DNA of 59,864 nt, filler included, from Porpidia crustulata (Eukaryota): NCBI GenBank assembly GCA_964255105.1. It is 2 parts of 2 records of this genome, joined end to end, with 100 filler letters (N's around TTAATTAATTAA, not from the genome) between each part and the next. Parts side by side here need not be neighbours in the genome. Positions count along the whole stretch, not along the records: positions 30,005 to 59,864 come from CAXUWE010000024.1; 1 more part is not named here. The stretch is one strand, 5' to 3'. This document shows, one piece after another, positions 30,689-44,351 of the stretch (position 1 is its first letter; each line of letters begins with the position of its first letter). The position numbers were made by a program, and so were the translations under genes. A model generated the notes under the pieces. It was given only the letters and a program-made list of their open reading frames with translations, was not told the origin of the DNA and did no database searches.

Positions 30689-33600
30689 TCACAGATCTTG
30701 GCTCAGCTCCTGAGAGAACCGACGGCTATACTTGTCATCTAAACCCAATCAGCAGAGAAACTTATGTCAACGCAGCGACTTACCCTTGGGCTTCTTTCTA
30801 GAGTTCAACTTTGCGGGTCGATGGTTTCGCGCCGGGATCCGCGAGCCTTGCGGGGATTGTGAGTCTGGAATGACTGGTCCCAAACCTTTGACGCGCTTAT
30901 TCGTACCGCGTGTATCAGGGTGATCAAAGGAAGGGATAGATGCTGATCGTTTCCCTCCTGTAGGCTCCTTTAGGATCCCGCGTCTTTGAGAGGTTGGCCT
31001 GATTTCTGTTTCTTGACGCTGAGAATCTTGTTCATGCCTTGATTCACTAGTGGCAAGATCGGTCCGGTGTGATTGGGACGTAGTGCTCGATTCTGTAGAG
31101 CCGTGCATACCGATCGCTGGCTGCGAGAAATGAATGGACTTGCGGGTGGTAGAACGAGACTCGTACACGCTGTTGAGCGTCTTGGAAGGTGTTACATCCG
31201 CTGTGCCTTTCACAACTGACTTGCTCATATCTTGAGTTGCCCGTCGTTTCAGAGAATCCGTCTTCCCTGCGGTAGGAACGGGCGTGGGTGGGAATAAACC
31301 CACCAGATCTCCAAGATCGTCCAGCATATCATCAAAGTCTTCCAATGGCGACGATGGAACAGTTGAGTTTCCTTGGGGATGACTCTGAGTGCGTAATGGT
31401 GTAGCGATTTTGCTTCTTGCAGGGCTAGGTTTCGTCACGGCTCCAATTTGGACGTCATTTGGCTGGGAATCTTCGACAACAGAAGGGAGTCGTTTCTCTG
31501 CCCTATTGGCCTTGCGCTTGGGTTGGTCTGTATCCTTGGAAATGGATAATTGGGCCGAGTTCACAGGCGTACTTAAAGAATTGGTTGTAGTGAGCCTCAA
31601 GATCTGTGCATCCTTTGCGTCATGGTCTCTCGTGATAGATTTCAGCTTCTCCTCTACGCCATTGAGTGTCTGGATGCGGATATCCTTTGCTTGGAGATCT
31701 TTCTTCGTACTTTCGATCGTCATTTCGAGATGGGCTAGACGCTCGTCTTTTTCTTTTGTCTCAATATCCAATTGGACTACACGTGATTCAAGGGCGGCGG
31801 ATACCTCAGCCTTTGACCAGATCAGTATTACCCTTGAACATAATGAGTGAACAACATACCTGTATCGACTTTTCAGCCTGTAAGTTAGCTAGTAAGGAGG
31901 AGGTATGTCCTGCTTCTGTTTCAGCTGCATGTATTTGAGCTTGTGACCGATTCATCTGATCGGTCGTTTGCTTTAGCTTGGCCTCTACGTCAGTAATATG
32001 TTGCCGAAGCTGGTGCAGCTGGTTCTGGTGACTGCTTTCGATTTTGACCTTTTCCAGGCTTGCGGCTGTCCACAGCTCTTTCTTTGTCTGTTCAAGGATA
32101 GTAAACTGCTGATCCTCATTAGTGGCCTTCTGCTGCTCAAATAGGAGTTTCTCGGCCTGCAATCCCTCAATCTGGGACTGCAAATCGGCCAAATGAGTGT
32201 CATTTCGTGATACGTCCTCGATCTTTTCATGAAGCTGCCGAGAAACCTCACCAACTTCCTTTTGATATGTCTCGTTCCGCAGTAGTAGGCCCTTGTTTTG
32301 AATCTCAAGCTCCTGGATGCGAAAAATGATATGTGGCGATTCTTGTGGCTGGCTACGGAGTTCGATGACCTCGCGTTCGAGAGTTGAATAGCTGTTACAC
32401 TGCGACTGATGTTTATTTTGCAGACAGATCACTTGTTGACGGGCATCTACCAAGGCATTCTCTGTTGCTTGTAGTCTTTCCCTAAACGTTGCTTTCATCT
32501 CACGAAGGTCTGTCACTTGCTCTGCCAAGGCCTGCTCTGTCGTTATGGTAGCACTCATAGCTTGAAGCCGTTCTCGAACTTCGGAGGCGAATTCGTTTTG
32601 ACTTGCTTCACCGGATGCAGATGCCTCCTGGCGCATAGCCAGAGATGTTGTGATCCTTGTTGGTGTTAGTATGACAGCCTACAGCCTAGTAAGACGCACA
32701 CGTACCTCTCTGCATACGATGTCACGGAAGCATCAAGCTTGCGAAGGTCATCTGGCCTAACCACATCCACCTCCCGGAGCTCTTTAAGTAGAGACAAGAC
32801 TTCCACTAATACGGGTTCAAGATGGTCTTGATTTGGCATTGAGATCACGGTCTGTACTTGCTCACTCTTGGTCAACAGGTCATCTAGCTTCTCCGTTGTG
32901 TTTTTACGATGTTCTGTGAGTACACTGATGAGATATTGGTAGTTGGTAGCTAATTCCGAGATATCGCCCTCCAAATGGCTGCGTCTCTCACGCTCTGCAT
33001 CCAAAAGACCAGCTCCTTCTCGAAGCCGTGCTCCCTGGTCACTGATTGTTGTTTCTAATACTTCCATATGGTGACGGGCCTCGACTAGAACTTTTTTCGT
33101 TTTAGTATGATCCTGTTGGACGGTCTGGTGAACATCATGGAGCGCTGAGGTTAGATCTGATTTATCGGTCTGGAGGGAAACTTGTCGGTCACGTATTGCT
33201 CGGGCGTCATCTCGTAGTATTAGATGGTCCTCCGTTAGAGTCTGGACATAGTCACTAAGCTTCTTGACTTGGGTCTCCCACCGCGGCATAACTTCTTGGA
33301 ATTTTCGAAGCTCTGCTTGTTGAGACTTTTCCCGTTGCCGGCCTTGCTGCAATTGGTGGTAAATCGCATTACTGATATCCCGAAGATCCTCAAGCTCGGT
33401 TTCTTTTGCCTGAAGTGCGATCCTTGCTTCGTCTCTCTCCAATTTTTCGGTTTTGTAGCGGACGAGAAGAACACCGAGCGTATCTTCATAACTGAGACCG
33501 GTTGTGCTATCCATGGGGTGCTGGGCTTTCATTTGGATTCGGCCTTTCTTCATGCTTAGTTTCTGTTGAAGCTTCGTAACCTTGCCTGGACCACGAGGGC

Positions 33601-34390
33601 TACTTGATCGAGCCGTGGGGTCGGACGTGCCATAAGTCTGTGTCCGCTTGCTCATTAGACTTGAGCCAGCATCCACCGGGCTGTGCACTAGTTCTGAACC
33701 GCCGTCGGCACTTGGAGATGTGGCTACCTGGACTTCTGAGCTCTGGAAAGCCTGATTTGTATCCCCATGTGCTCCCAGGCTGTCCCCTTCCATGGATGTA
33801 ACCAAGGTAGAGGATGCACCCGAAGGTGCTAATGAATCCGAGGCTCCGATCTGAGCCAACATCCCTTCACAATTGTGGGTGATATCCGTAGTCTTAGGTC
33901 CTATGCTGGAAAAATGGCAAGGTTCCAAAACTGTAGCAACATTGGAGACTGGCTCTGGCTCTAGCACAGGAATAGAAGGTGCTGGATGTTGACCCGTTTT
34001 CCGGCTGAAGTCAAGCGGTTTTGGCTGTGGCTTGTCAAATGAGAATGATGTATATATATCCTCATGAGAAGTTGAAGGACGGAGGAAAGGTGTGAATCTT
34101 GGGGTTAGTCGTTGAATCACTCGTGCCGCTTCACTAGTAAGGACTGACCCTTCCTGTGTTCCCTTCATCTTATGAGACGTTGGTCCCTCCGACTGAGCTC
34201 GTTCCACGCTGGATTTTGAAGGTGAGGTCTTCGAGCTTGCTTGTGGAGATTGAGCTGACTGTTCTTCGTCTACCTCAGTAGCGAATTGACTATGCCAATC
34301 GTCATTATCCCGAACCTTGGAGCTAGAAAAGGTGGCAAGAGATTGAACGGCTCGATCTATTGGTGACACGTGAGTGGCAAGAGAATCCAT
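30689..34390 (-). CDS. Large coiled-coil protein with disordered termini, function unknown; true start may lie upstream (up to ~34647)
   Basis: Three long consecutive minus-strand ORFs rich in E/Q/L/K, joined by short GT-AG introns. Terminal micro-exon DDKYSRRFSQELSQDL* ends at 30689. Confidence 0.78.
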
Positions 34391-35051
34391 AGCAAGTAGA
34401 AGTATTGGAGCCTCGCGCCGACGGGGGCTGAATGAGATTAGGACAGGACTCGGACCGATCTAGCTACATCTTGGGTAATATGCTCACAGAGAGCCTGATT
34501 AGAGTTGACATGAACGTGCAGCTTCTCACTGATCCGTACCGAATAAGGGAGGTAGTTTGAGAAACAGGTGGTGAAAGATTGGCAATCGGGACTGCTTTGG
34601 CTCTCGGTTAACCCAAGCACAGAAGTTCCTGTAAGTATACACGTCATAAGAATAATTACTGATGACAGAAGGAACCTCGTCTGAAAGCAGTGACTTTACG
34701 ATACTAATGGTGACGCTGCAAGTGTCTAGAAATTCGGAAATGATACCTAAGAAGACAGGTGAACGACAAAGATAGAGTTTATGATGTCTGAAGAAAGCCG
34801 GTCTCGCCTGGCTTGGAGAGCGTAGATACTCAAAGATAGCACATGAAAACAGTACTTAGATCTTTCCTAGGTGCCCAAGAATCCGAGATCCAGACCAATT
34901 GTGCCATAAACAAAGCGAAACCGTCCCCTACCTCTCAGCTTAATAAACCAGCATATGTCCAAACGCCCATCATGTATCGTACCGCGTAGTGTTCCATGTA
35001 TTAGGAGTTTCATTAAACATGGGTTCGAAGGCTCAATTGGTGGTATCCCCG

Positions 35052-35946
35052 TTACGCCGTCTTCTTCCAGGCGCTCCACACCCCAATCAAACTGCTTAAA
35101 GTACCTGCGAGCCCAACAAGACCATCGTCTAAGTTGGTATATCCAAGAGCGGTACTTGGGATTGTCAAGTCACAGAGATCCGAAATCAGCTGGAAATCGA
35201 TCACAGTACGCTCCCTAAAAGCTAGTTTCAGTATTACTGGCGCCGTAGTCCTCAAGGATAGAGCAGACCTTATGAGCTTCTTGCTCTCTACCACACCTTC
35301 CCCATTGCTCTTATCAATATTTTGCTCCCGCTGTCGTATCTGCCATAAAGCATATAGCCCAGCGACAGTACTAAACATCAGCCCAGTAAACCATGCCCTG
35401 TAGGCCTCCTTCTGCAATCTTTTTGCACTAGCGAGAGGCCTTATGCCTGCAGAATCGAGCTGTGACAAAATCAGGCTTCGCGATCCAACATTCTCATTGC
35501 GAACCCGAGATCGTTAGACTTACATAAGTGACAGCGTCCAAGCTTAGGTACCCAGCGTATCCCAGCTGCCGGCCCACAGCACAATACTTGAGCACCGGAT
35601 CCATGCCTTTGCTATCCATCGCAACAGCAGCCGCTTTGAAGTGTTCGACATTCTTGCCCAGTCTGAGGGCCTTGCGAGTCAATCCAAATTGCTTCTTGAT
35701 GGCTTCGAAGGGCGCAATGACTCGATTGGGACTATTCGTTCGATACAAGTACCAAGCATAGAATCGTGAAAAGTACTGAAGGGTACGCAATAGCTTGTCT
35801 CGGCCGACTGCAGAGCAAAGTCAGCACTGTTAGGGGACTTGAACTCCCAAAAGCGGATGGAATGGTGGGGATGTTCTACCGGTAGTCGCAACGAAGCGTA
35901 GGTAGTGAGCCACCGTCGGGTGGTAAACCAGCGCATCTGTAACCAT
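35052..35946 (-). CDS. PEX11: Peroxisomal membrane protein / peroxin 11
   Basis: MVTDALVYHPTVAHYLRFVATT-VGRDKLLRTLQYFSRFYAWYL, RLGKNVEH, LDDGLVGLAGTLSSLIGVWSAWKKTA. Confidence 0.95.
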
Positions 35947-36231
35947 ATCGTCTCTGAATCAATGATATAATGATGGCTCAAGGATTTGGGGTGTGACTTT
36001 GAGAACCTCTTTGGCACTCGGATTGTTATGTCCGGTGCGCCGACACAATGCCTGCGGAGCAATTAGACCTCGGCAATCAATCAAAGCGCACGGAGCACGT
36101 GATGCATGCTTTGAGTGATGCATGATAGCAATATACATACTCGTGAGAGCAATACCGACAGAATTTTTATAGTAAAGGGGAAAATTAGAAAACATTTCTC
36201 ATTGAACACGGGGTATCATACGCTATGTAGT

Positions 36232-38490
36232 TCATATGTTCCTGAAGACATTACCACTCGCACTTCGCCTTCCTTTGTCCCGCCTATTCTCAGTCCGCTC
36301 AGCTTTTTGGACCTTTCCTTTCCTCTTCTCCGGCGCGAAAGTGATCTCTCGCTCGCCTACTACCTTCCCGCTGCTGACCTTGGTGGTCTTGACTCGTTCT
36401 GCACGCGATCCAAAAGATTGATCGCGAGATTGTTGCGGTTTCCTCGAGGACGACACATGCATTTGTTGCTGCTGAGGCCGATGACCAGACCTCTTGTAAG
36501 ACGCTGAGGATATCCGACTATCATTCTTGATCTTTGCAACAGGCTTTTCCTCATCCGAGCCCGAATCATCGGATTCTGATGCAGGTTCTTGGTCAGCGGC
36601 TTCTTGCTCCACAGCCGTGAGCTTGCGGCCGGGTCTCTTGATATCCTTGGCAACTGGTACTGTGCTCGGGTTCAAAGACTGAAATTCTCTTGAGTGTTCA
36701 TCAATGGCAAAATCTTCATCCTTGAACAACTTAGCAAAACGAGGATCGGCCAGGAGACCACCTGGTTCCTTTCTGACTTCATCCTTCATGACAAGCTCAT
36801 CTTCTATCGGTTCGTCCTCTTGGCCTTTCTCGAGCAGTCTCTTAGCTCGTCTTCGTTCATTCTTCTGTGCTCTTTCAAGCACCTTCTCAGCTAAGCGTCT
36901 GTTCACTTTAGTAGTGGCCTGTTTGTTGCCCCTAATCCTACTCTCGCGTTCGGCATCAATTTTTTCTTTTACCCTCTTGCTCTTTTCTTCCTCCCACACA
37001 AACGGATCTGCTATAAGCTTTGCTTCTTGATAGAGCGGTTGAGCTACGAAATAACCGTGCATATAAGGTCTGAGTAGACTCGTGGTACCAATCAAATGTG
37101 CTAGGTTCAACGACTTCAGCTGCTGCATGGTTAAGAATTTGTAATTATCATAGACATCGCCAGCATTTTGACTCGTGAAGGCGCCAGGGTCATTAGGATT
37201 TTCCGCCATCTCTTCAACCAGGTTGTCTAGAAAGGAACACCATTTAGGCGCAGGGCCTAGTTGCGGAACGAAGAACGCGTGCTGCTGTCTGCCTTCGTTG
37301 GCAGTGAGGAGCATTCCAGAGTCTTTACACCAAGCTACAGAATTGAGATCTGCGGTGGGTTCGACAGATGTCCAAGGCGAGCCATTTTGAGCGTCCCAGA
37401 TCTTAATAATCCTTTTGTCTGCCGAGAGAATCTTGGGCTCGGACACCTGTGATCTAGTGGAGGTTGATGATTCAAGGAAGATTAGTGTATGGATGGGATA
37501 GCCGTAGCCTTGGTCTTTTTTCAGGAGGGGGTTGGGAGACCGAAGGTCGTAGAGATTGATGAGGCCCGCTGACGACCCGGTTGCTAATTGTAAGCCAGAT
37601 CGCGCAAACTCCAAAGCCGTCACTTCTTGTATGCCATCTATCAAATCTGAGTGTGAAGTTGTCTCCAGCAATCCCACCCTCCCTCGTGATCGTGGATCCC
37701 AGAATTCCACAGTCCCTAGTGAAGTACCAAAAGCAAGAAGGTTATGGCTTTCTTCTGCAATAGCTGCAGTATTGACGCTACCAGTGCTTATACCCCCTTG
37801 TAACGCACCCCCTCCCATAGAGGTGAGGTCGTCGCCGCCAACATCAATTTCGTAACTGCGCAGATATCTACCAATGTCCAGATTCAAACGGAATACTTCA
37901 CCATTACCGTTCTCATTCACACCAACAGCAGGGACAAGAGCTTCGGCAGATCGCCTATCGTACTTGAGATCCCTCCCGTAGCGTGGTAGGCGTGTGGTAT
38001 AATGACACCCTTGAGGGGTATGGAACTCGATTGATCTATCGGACTGAAGATGGATGGATTTGGAGTAATCGGATGATAGTAGGAGGAACGTGGTGTTTAG
38101 AGAGATGGTGTGCCGGGCAAATGATAGTGATAGATGCGGTAGGTAATGCGCATGTATCTGAGGTTTATATGTTCCTGAGTCAAAGTCTCAGTAGATTCTC
38201 CACCAATAGGTTTCGTTGGATGACAATTGCTGAGGAGGTTTGGGGTTTACCCACGGCAATACGGAGGGCGCACCTGTGCTCATGACCCATTGACCATCAT
38301 CACTGACTCTGACACATTGACTGGCCTCTTCAAATTCGAAGTCCTGGAGGAGCTCGATGCGGTTGGCGTACTCCGGGTCATTCTTCAAGCTACGCTTTCT
38401 CTTTCTAGCGAGCCATTCTGGAAGGGGTCGTGCAGTGGATGAACCAGCTATGGTATAGACTGGCATACCAGAGTGGTGACTGAGCTTCAT
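36232..38490 (-). CDS. ENP2: Ribosome biogenesis protein Enp2 / nucleolar protein 10 (WD40 plus NUC153)
   Basis: RIELLQDFEFEEAS, QLGPAPKWCSFLDNLVEEM, VYDNYKFLT, LRPYMHGYF, DPRFAKLF.DEDFAID, RRSASGNVFR. Confidence 0.95.
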
Positions 38491-39008
38491 GGCGGAATGC
38501 TCTCGAAATGAAGAAAAAGTAGAAGTAATTCAACATTGAAAAATCTGTAACAAACAGCAGCTGGTTGGTGCGTGGCGACTGCGGCAATAGCCGGCGGTAC
38601 TCGGCGGATCTCCAAGACAGATAACCACGTTCTCTAGAGAGTGGAAAGTGTTCACAGCCAAATGACTACAACCGTATACAATCATCTTCAGATATTGAGT
38701 CTGGTCTGAAAAACTATTCGCTACGATTGTGTCAGCTGTTTTTGCCTTGTTACACTGTTTCCTCTATTTGCATGTTCCTTTGCTTGTGCCGGTCTCGAGA
38801 CATCGAGAGTATACATCCCCCGTCTGTGAGGAGTTTCCACCCTTGGCTGGTAGTTCTCACTCGGATATCTTTGGAATGGATATGATGAATGCCCCTTGTT
38901 CGGAAAACTCTGTGATATTTGACTTCCCTATGATTAGACAGCTTTGCCACAATTCCAAGGATTTGGCCAAGCCGTCAAGTCTGGTGGCCTTCAACGGGGC
39001 CAGTGGGC

Positions 39009-42000
39009 ATGGAATCTCTAGAGGATGTACTTACAAATGTGTATAGGATAGTCAGTTCATTTTCTCGTTATTTGTGGTGGATGACCAGCTAAGATTCTAC
39101 CAGGATGCCATCTCAGAGATTCCTTGGTGGCAGTACGGGCTTTCGCAGAATACACAATCATCTGCTGATTGCATGCAAGAAGATGTAGACGATAGACTTG
39201 TAGGACTGAGAAGTGTTGAAAATCAACTCAGGCTTGCGGGTCACCATGTTGTTCTAGAAGAGGTCTCGGCTACGTTATGGTTGTTTGACTTGAGTGAAGT
39301 GGTGGGAATGACAGCTTCTACGGATTATCGCCAGCACATAGTTTCGCAAGCGATGAAGGAACTGGACCTGATTGGTATGTCAAGGTCCGGAAATGTCGAG
39401 AATACCTCTGACACCTCATGAAGAAATAACAACAGGACTACTACAGCTATCAGAACTACAAAATGACTTCATACTAGATATCCCAGCTTCGAGGTCAATG
39501 CTCGCACCTCATCTTGCCGAGCTTCCTGCGGACAATGCGGCTCTTAGCAACAAGACTAATTCTACAAATTCAGCGAATATACCAACCTCAAATAATTCGT
39601 ATGATAGTCGAAAAGAGGCTCCTATCGAGCTGATCTGCTCTAGATTCTTGGAAGCGGTAGCAAGATCCATCTTGCTTCATACTTCTGATACAATGAATTG
39701 GGTACGGCTTGGGCCCCGCTCGTTTATTGGCCCTTTAGGTTCTACATTTTCAAAGACCCTAAAAGGAGAGACCGATATCGGTCAACCCTTACAAAGCTTG
39801 ATTGTATATGCCTTGCATCTAGAACTACTAAAATCTAGAACTCTACTTATTGCATGTTTTCCATCCTCTGAGCACGAGATTTACAGTGTCTACGATGCGC
39901 TTAAGACTGGCCTAGAAACCCCCAGTGCAATCATGGGCCGCGATGTATTACTGGCACCTTCAGGTAGCACATATAGCTTTGATGGGATAATACAGACCCG
40001 ACGTTCCAATAAAGCCTCGACGTCACTGGCTCTGCATAGTAGGCCATTGGATGATTCGAGCTCACAAGAATTTCATGCTGCGAACACAAAAGCTTCTATA
40101 ATCAAGAATCTGCTTCGGCAAGGTATACATGTGTCCAAAGGAGAGAAGTGGGTTCGCCTACGACCAAAAATTTCCCTTGGCGAGTTTGATCAGATTATCG
40201 GCGCCACTGTTGATTTGGAAACAAGGTCTAAAATACTGTTGTGGCCGGCAAGCTTTTGCTTTATTAAGGGAACACATGACGACATTGAAGACATGGACCA
40301 GTCAGATCTTCGCAAGCTCTCCGAATCAATGCCCTTAGATCCTCTATTGAACGCAGAGACTTGGTTTAGAAACAAAGCCGCTCGGGCGAAGTCCCTTAAA
40401 GCCGCCCTAGAGGTACAAAAACAAAAGCACGAACTTGAGGCTCGACTTGCAGAAGAAGCTAGTCATAACGACGAGGATGACTCGCAATCTGACACGGAAG
40501 CTCGCTTGAATCAGTATCTTAGTACTCAGGATGCTAGTCGCATTTACCCCACGCCACCAGATGGCTTACGATCAGAGGCCCTCTTTTCACAGAGCGTCCA
40601 AGAACCCGAAGTAATATGTGCTGGACGTGTAGACCAGCCCGGATCAAATGCTGGGGATGCCCAAGCTATTTTGAGCGCAAGTCGACCTCCTCAATCCCCC
40701 GGCTTTGACGAGTCTACAAGTCACTATGGTCAAACCGTCGACGACGACCTTTTTGGCGACATAGATACTGGGCTCTTCGCCGCCAGCAATCTCACAGAAG
40801 CCGACTTCAGCTTCTTTGATGAGCCTAGCGAAGACGACGGGGTTAATCAAAACATCGAATCCAACGCAAGGAAGCCTAAATACGCGGATATGAAAAGGGA
40901 AGAGAGATCATCAGAGATTATAGGAACTGGCTGTATTGATATTGATGCTGTTTCAAGACATCGCCTAACAGAACAGGACGAGGCCAGAACAGCAGACACA
41001 GCCAAGCTCGGTGCTTATGAAGACCAGCACAGTAGGATCAGCCCTGAACATTCCTCTGAAAGTAAGACTAATCTAGCTATCTAGATAGCGACTCAGGCGT
41101 CCAAATGGAACCTCAATCCAATCAGCCTCGGCCATCTGACGGCTCCAATGTATACTCAGAAGTAGAGCATGACGACCTAAGAACATCTCTACGACTACCT
41201 AGGATCAAGGGTAATTCAGCAAGGCAGATCAATGATTATATCCAGTCGGACAAGGAACATCACGGAGACCACTTTGATGGTTCTTTTAACTCCGTAACCT
41301 TCAACAAGATGCTCGACGACTTCGATAGTAAATATGTGCGCCAGGGAAAATATGGCGCTACAAAGCCATACGAACAAGACATGTCTGAGCTTGGAGGCGG
41401 ACTTGTGGCAAGAGGATTCGCGCTCCCGCGATTACGCAGCAAGGATGCGATTGGATCATCATGTGATGATGTGAAAGCGCTCGATCAACATTCAAAATGT
41501 CGACTTTCTCAAGAACCACAAGTGATGGCAAGCTCCCCCTCGGAGCCCGAATGCACAGACGGCGATGAGTCCTCCAGAGCATCTCTGGATGAAGAAAACT
41601 CGCCAGCCTCAGAAGATCCCGACCAACGTATTGAGTTCGATATAAGTTCGCGCAAGCGCAAACGTGAACAATGGATCGATCGTCATCAGTATACAGTGTT
41701 CTCTGTTTCTGCCTCCCCAACAGTCTTGTCTCCAGACAACGCCGAACATCCGCTATGTATGTCAGATCCCATGTTTGACCCTACCTCGCCAACAGGTTTT
41801 ACATCCGCGAGTGACCAAATCCTGCCTAAAATCCCGAACAGCAAGCCAGAGTATCTTGTGTATGAAGGGAACGACAAGATCTTTATCCAGATTGCTCAGA
41901 TACTTGTCGACCAAATCGTCTGGGCACCAGAAGTAGTGCCCGAACCTCCGTTGATGGCAGTAACAGGATGTCAACTTTCGGAAAATAGTACTAGGGGTGG

Positions 42001-43950
42001 ATTCGATGATCCCTTACCACAAATTTTGTCGAAGATTTTCCCATGCTATAAACGCTGTGACTTGAAGAGCTATGCAATCCTCCATGGCCCAGGATTGAAT
42101 TTTCATGACTATTCTAATTCTATAGTGGATTCGGCTGCAAAGCATGCAAATATGGTACGGAACGAGCAAAACGCGAAGTCATTTCGGAACAACGTTTTCA
42201 AGCTCGAGCCTCCGTATACATGTATAAGCCGCGCAGAGAAATCCATCGAAGTCACCTCCTCGGCTCTTGTATTTTGGGAAGAGCTTGGTCTTGGACCAGC
42301 TTACAGTACCAAAGACGTATCTGCGTTCTGCATGTTCCCAGCTCACGAGTACATCAAAAACGGAGCTATTACCTTCCTCTCGATGATGAGTAGTGCCTAT
42401 CACAGCTGTAAGCTCGGGATTCATGACCATGGATCACTCCATCCTGAACAGGATGAAGGCTTGGTACCAGTTGTTGTTAACGGTCTTGGAGTGAAGGACT
42501 TTCTTGAGGAAATTTGCAGGACATGCGAGAAGCTAGGTAAACTGTTTACAACTAGTATCTAGAAAGTCTTCCAGCTAAAGAATAGGATAGGTCAGCGCTT
42601 GAACCGAGACGGTACACAGAAAAGAAACACTGTGGTCTACATGATCAATCCATTTCGGAACCGCAGAGTCCTCCCTTGGCTTTGTGCGGCGTTTATGAAG
42701 ATTCTCGATAGCTGTGGACAAAGTCTACATATGAAGACAAAGTCCACTGGCGCCCTCGTCCTTCAGATAGTCCCTTTGAATCTGGTTGCGTCGCTTGAAG
42801 GGGCTACCTTACCACCAGCAAAAGCCTATTCTAGGTTAGCAAGAGAAGTATATAATCGCTGCGGCTCTACTTCAACAGGTGGTAAAAGACAGGATCCGCA
42901 ATACCAATGCGCTCCAGCCATACGTTTGGCGCGATCAATTCCAAAGGCGATAAATTTCAGATTGACGCCAAATCCATCCACAGCATTATTGCAATCCGAT
43001 CGATGTTTTCATCTGTCTTATAGTTGGTCTTTCTACCAAGACTGGCTCACAGCGTCTTGGACAGACAACCCAGGTGTACTCCAATGGAACGCAACATACA
43101 ATATGGGGAAGGAAGTGGTTGAGAGGTGGCAGATATTTGTGAAAACTGCGAGAGAGATCTGGAACACAACTTTGGACATCTTTAGACCAGGGAGCGCCCC
43201 ATGGCGCATTTTTATTGCAAAAGATAGTCCTATGCACAGGGAAGAACTTCGAGGCAGGGCATACATCTTCCCCTCCATTATTTATCCAGGCTTATAGTGA
43301 TAATAGTGTGGCTGCACTTATGCTCCAATACCAAGCCCCCTACGCCATCCATATCTCTCATTATAATCGACGGAAACCCGACTTTGCGATTTCCTCATTT
43401 AGATGTTCTCTATAAAAGTCTGTCGAATGCCAGTAACCATTCTGTGACACCTGCTGCAACGCCCCTTGCCAGTACCTTCTCGCCCGATCAATCTGGATTC
43501 GTGTCGACCCCTGGTGGGCCTGTAGTTCCGACAAGTGCTCCAACCCCCACGTCGAGCGCTTTCGAGGACAATGTAGAGGCCAGACTCATAGATGCCATAG
43601 ACGAAACATGGGGAGTGACCATGGCTCGCGATTTTCAACACCCAGACATGTCTCTGGCCTCCGTCCACGCATCGGCGAGCGGATACTTGATCAAGAGGGC
43701 TGGTGCGCGTGACGACGATGGATTCAAGGCCTTGGCAGTGAGCATAATACATGCAGCTAAGCCGGACAAGGCACTATTGAGGGAAGTGCTAGGTATGTAT
43801 AGAGGTCTGGCACTGTTAGCAAGGGTGAGGGGAGTTGTAGACCCAGTGAACAACATGCTACCCTGGCATGTTGCTGCTACAAGAAAAGCACAGGCAATCT
43901 TTAGCGATACTATGCGATGGACAGTTCAATCTCCGAAGACCGGCTCGTAG
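39009..43950 (+). CDS. SSN2: Mediator kinase-module subunit Med13/Ssn2, multi-exon
   Basis: VLLAPSG, LLWPASFCF, IYPTPPDG, LTEADFSFFDEP, FWEELGLGP, VVYMINPF, LVLQIVP, WLTASWTDN, LPWHVA. Start inferred at MESLEDVLTNVYRI. Confidence 0.92.
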
Positions 43951-44133
43951 GTGAGATTGGTACTGATACTGGTGGTATCGTTGAGGTAAAATATCCAAGA
44001 TACAGTATGGTGTTTGCGGCAGAATAGACTAGAGACCTTTCTACCTCTATTTCCTTGACCGCCCATCTCACCTCATCTGACATTGGACGTAAACACCAAA
44101 TCTTTACTTTTTAAATCTAAGTCATCGTCAGTC

Positions 44134-44343
44134 GTTACAAGGCCTTTATACTTATCAAGGTCTACGGTTCATCAAGGTCCACCGTTCANNNNNNNNNNNN
44201 NNNNNNNNNNNNNNNNNNNNNNNNNNNNNNNNNNNNNNNNNNNNNNNNNNNNNNNNNNNNNNNNNNNNNNNNNNNNNNNNNNNNNNNNGTTACAAGGCCT
44301 TTATACTTATCAAGGTCTACGGTTCATCAAGGTCCACCGTTCA
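44134..44343. other. 100-N scaffold gap whose two flanks are the same 55 bp (unmerged overlap)
   Basis: 44134-44188 is identical to 44289-44343. Confidence 0.92.
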
Positions 44344-44351
44344 CATCATCA

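Noticed and set aside
35052..35946. PEX11 as a functional partner of the cluster (peroxisomal beta-oxidation of coumarate)
   Set aside because: A universal housekeeping gene on the other side of the linker, so adjacency is unsupported.
44134..44343. 55-bp perfect direct repeat
   Set aside because: It flanks a 100-N gap exactly, so it is an unmerged contig overlap rather than a biological repeat.
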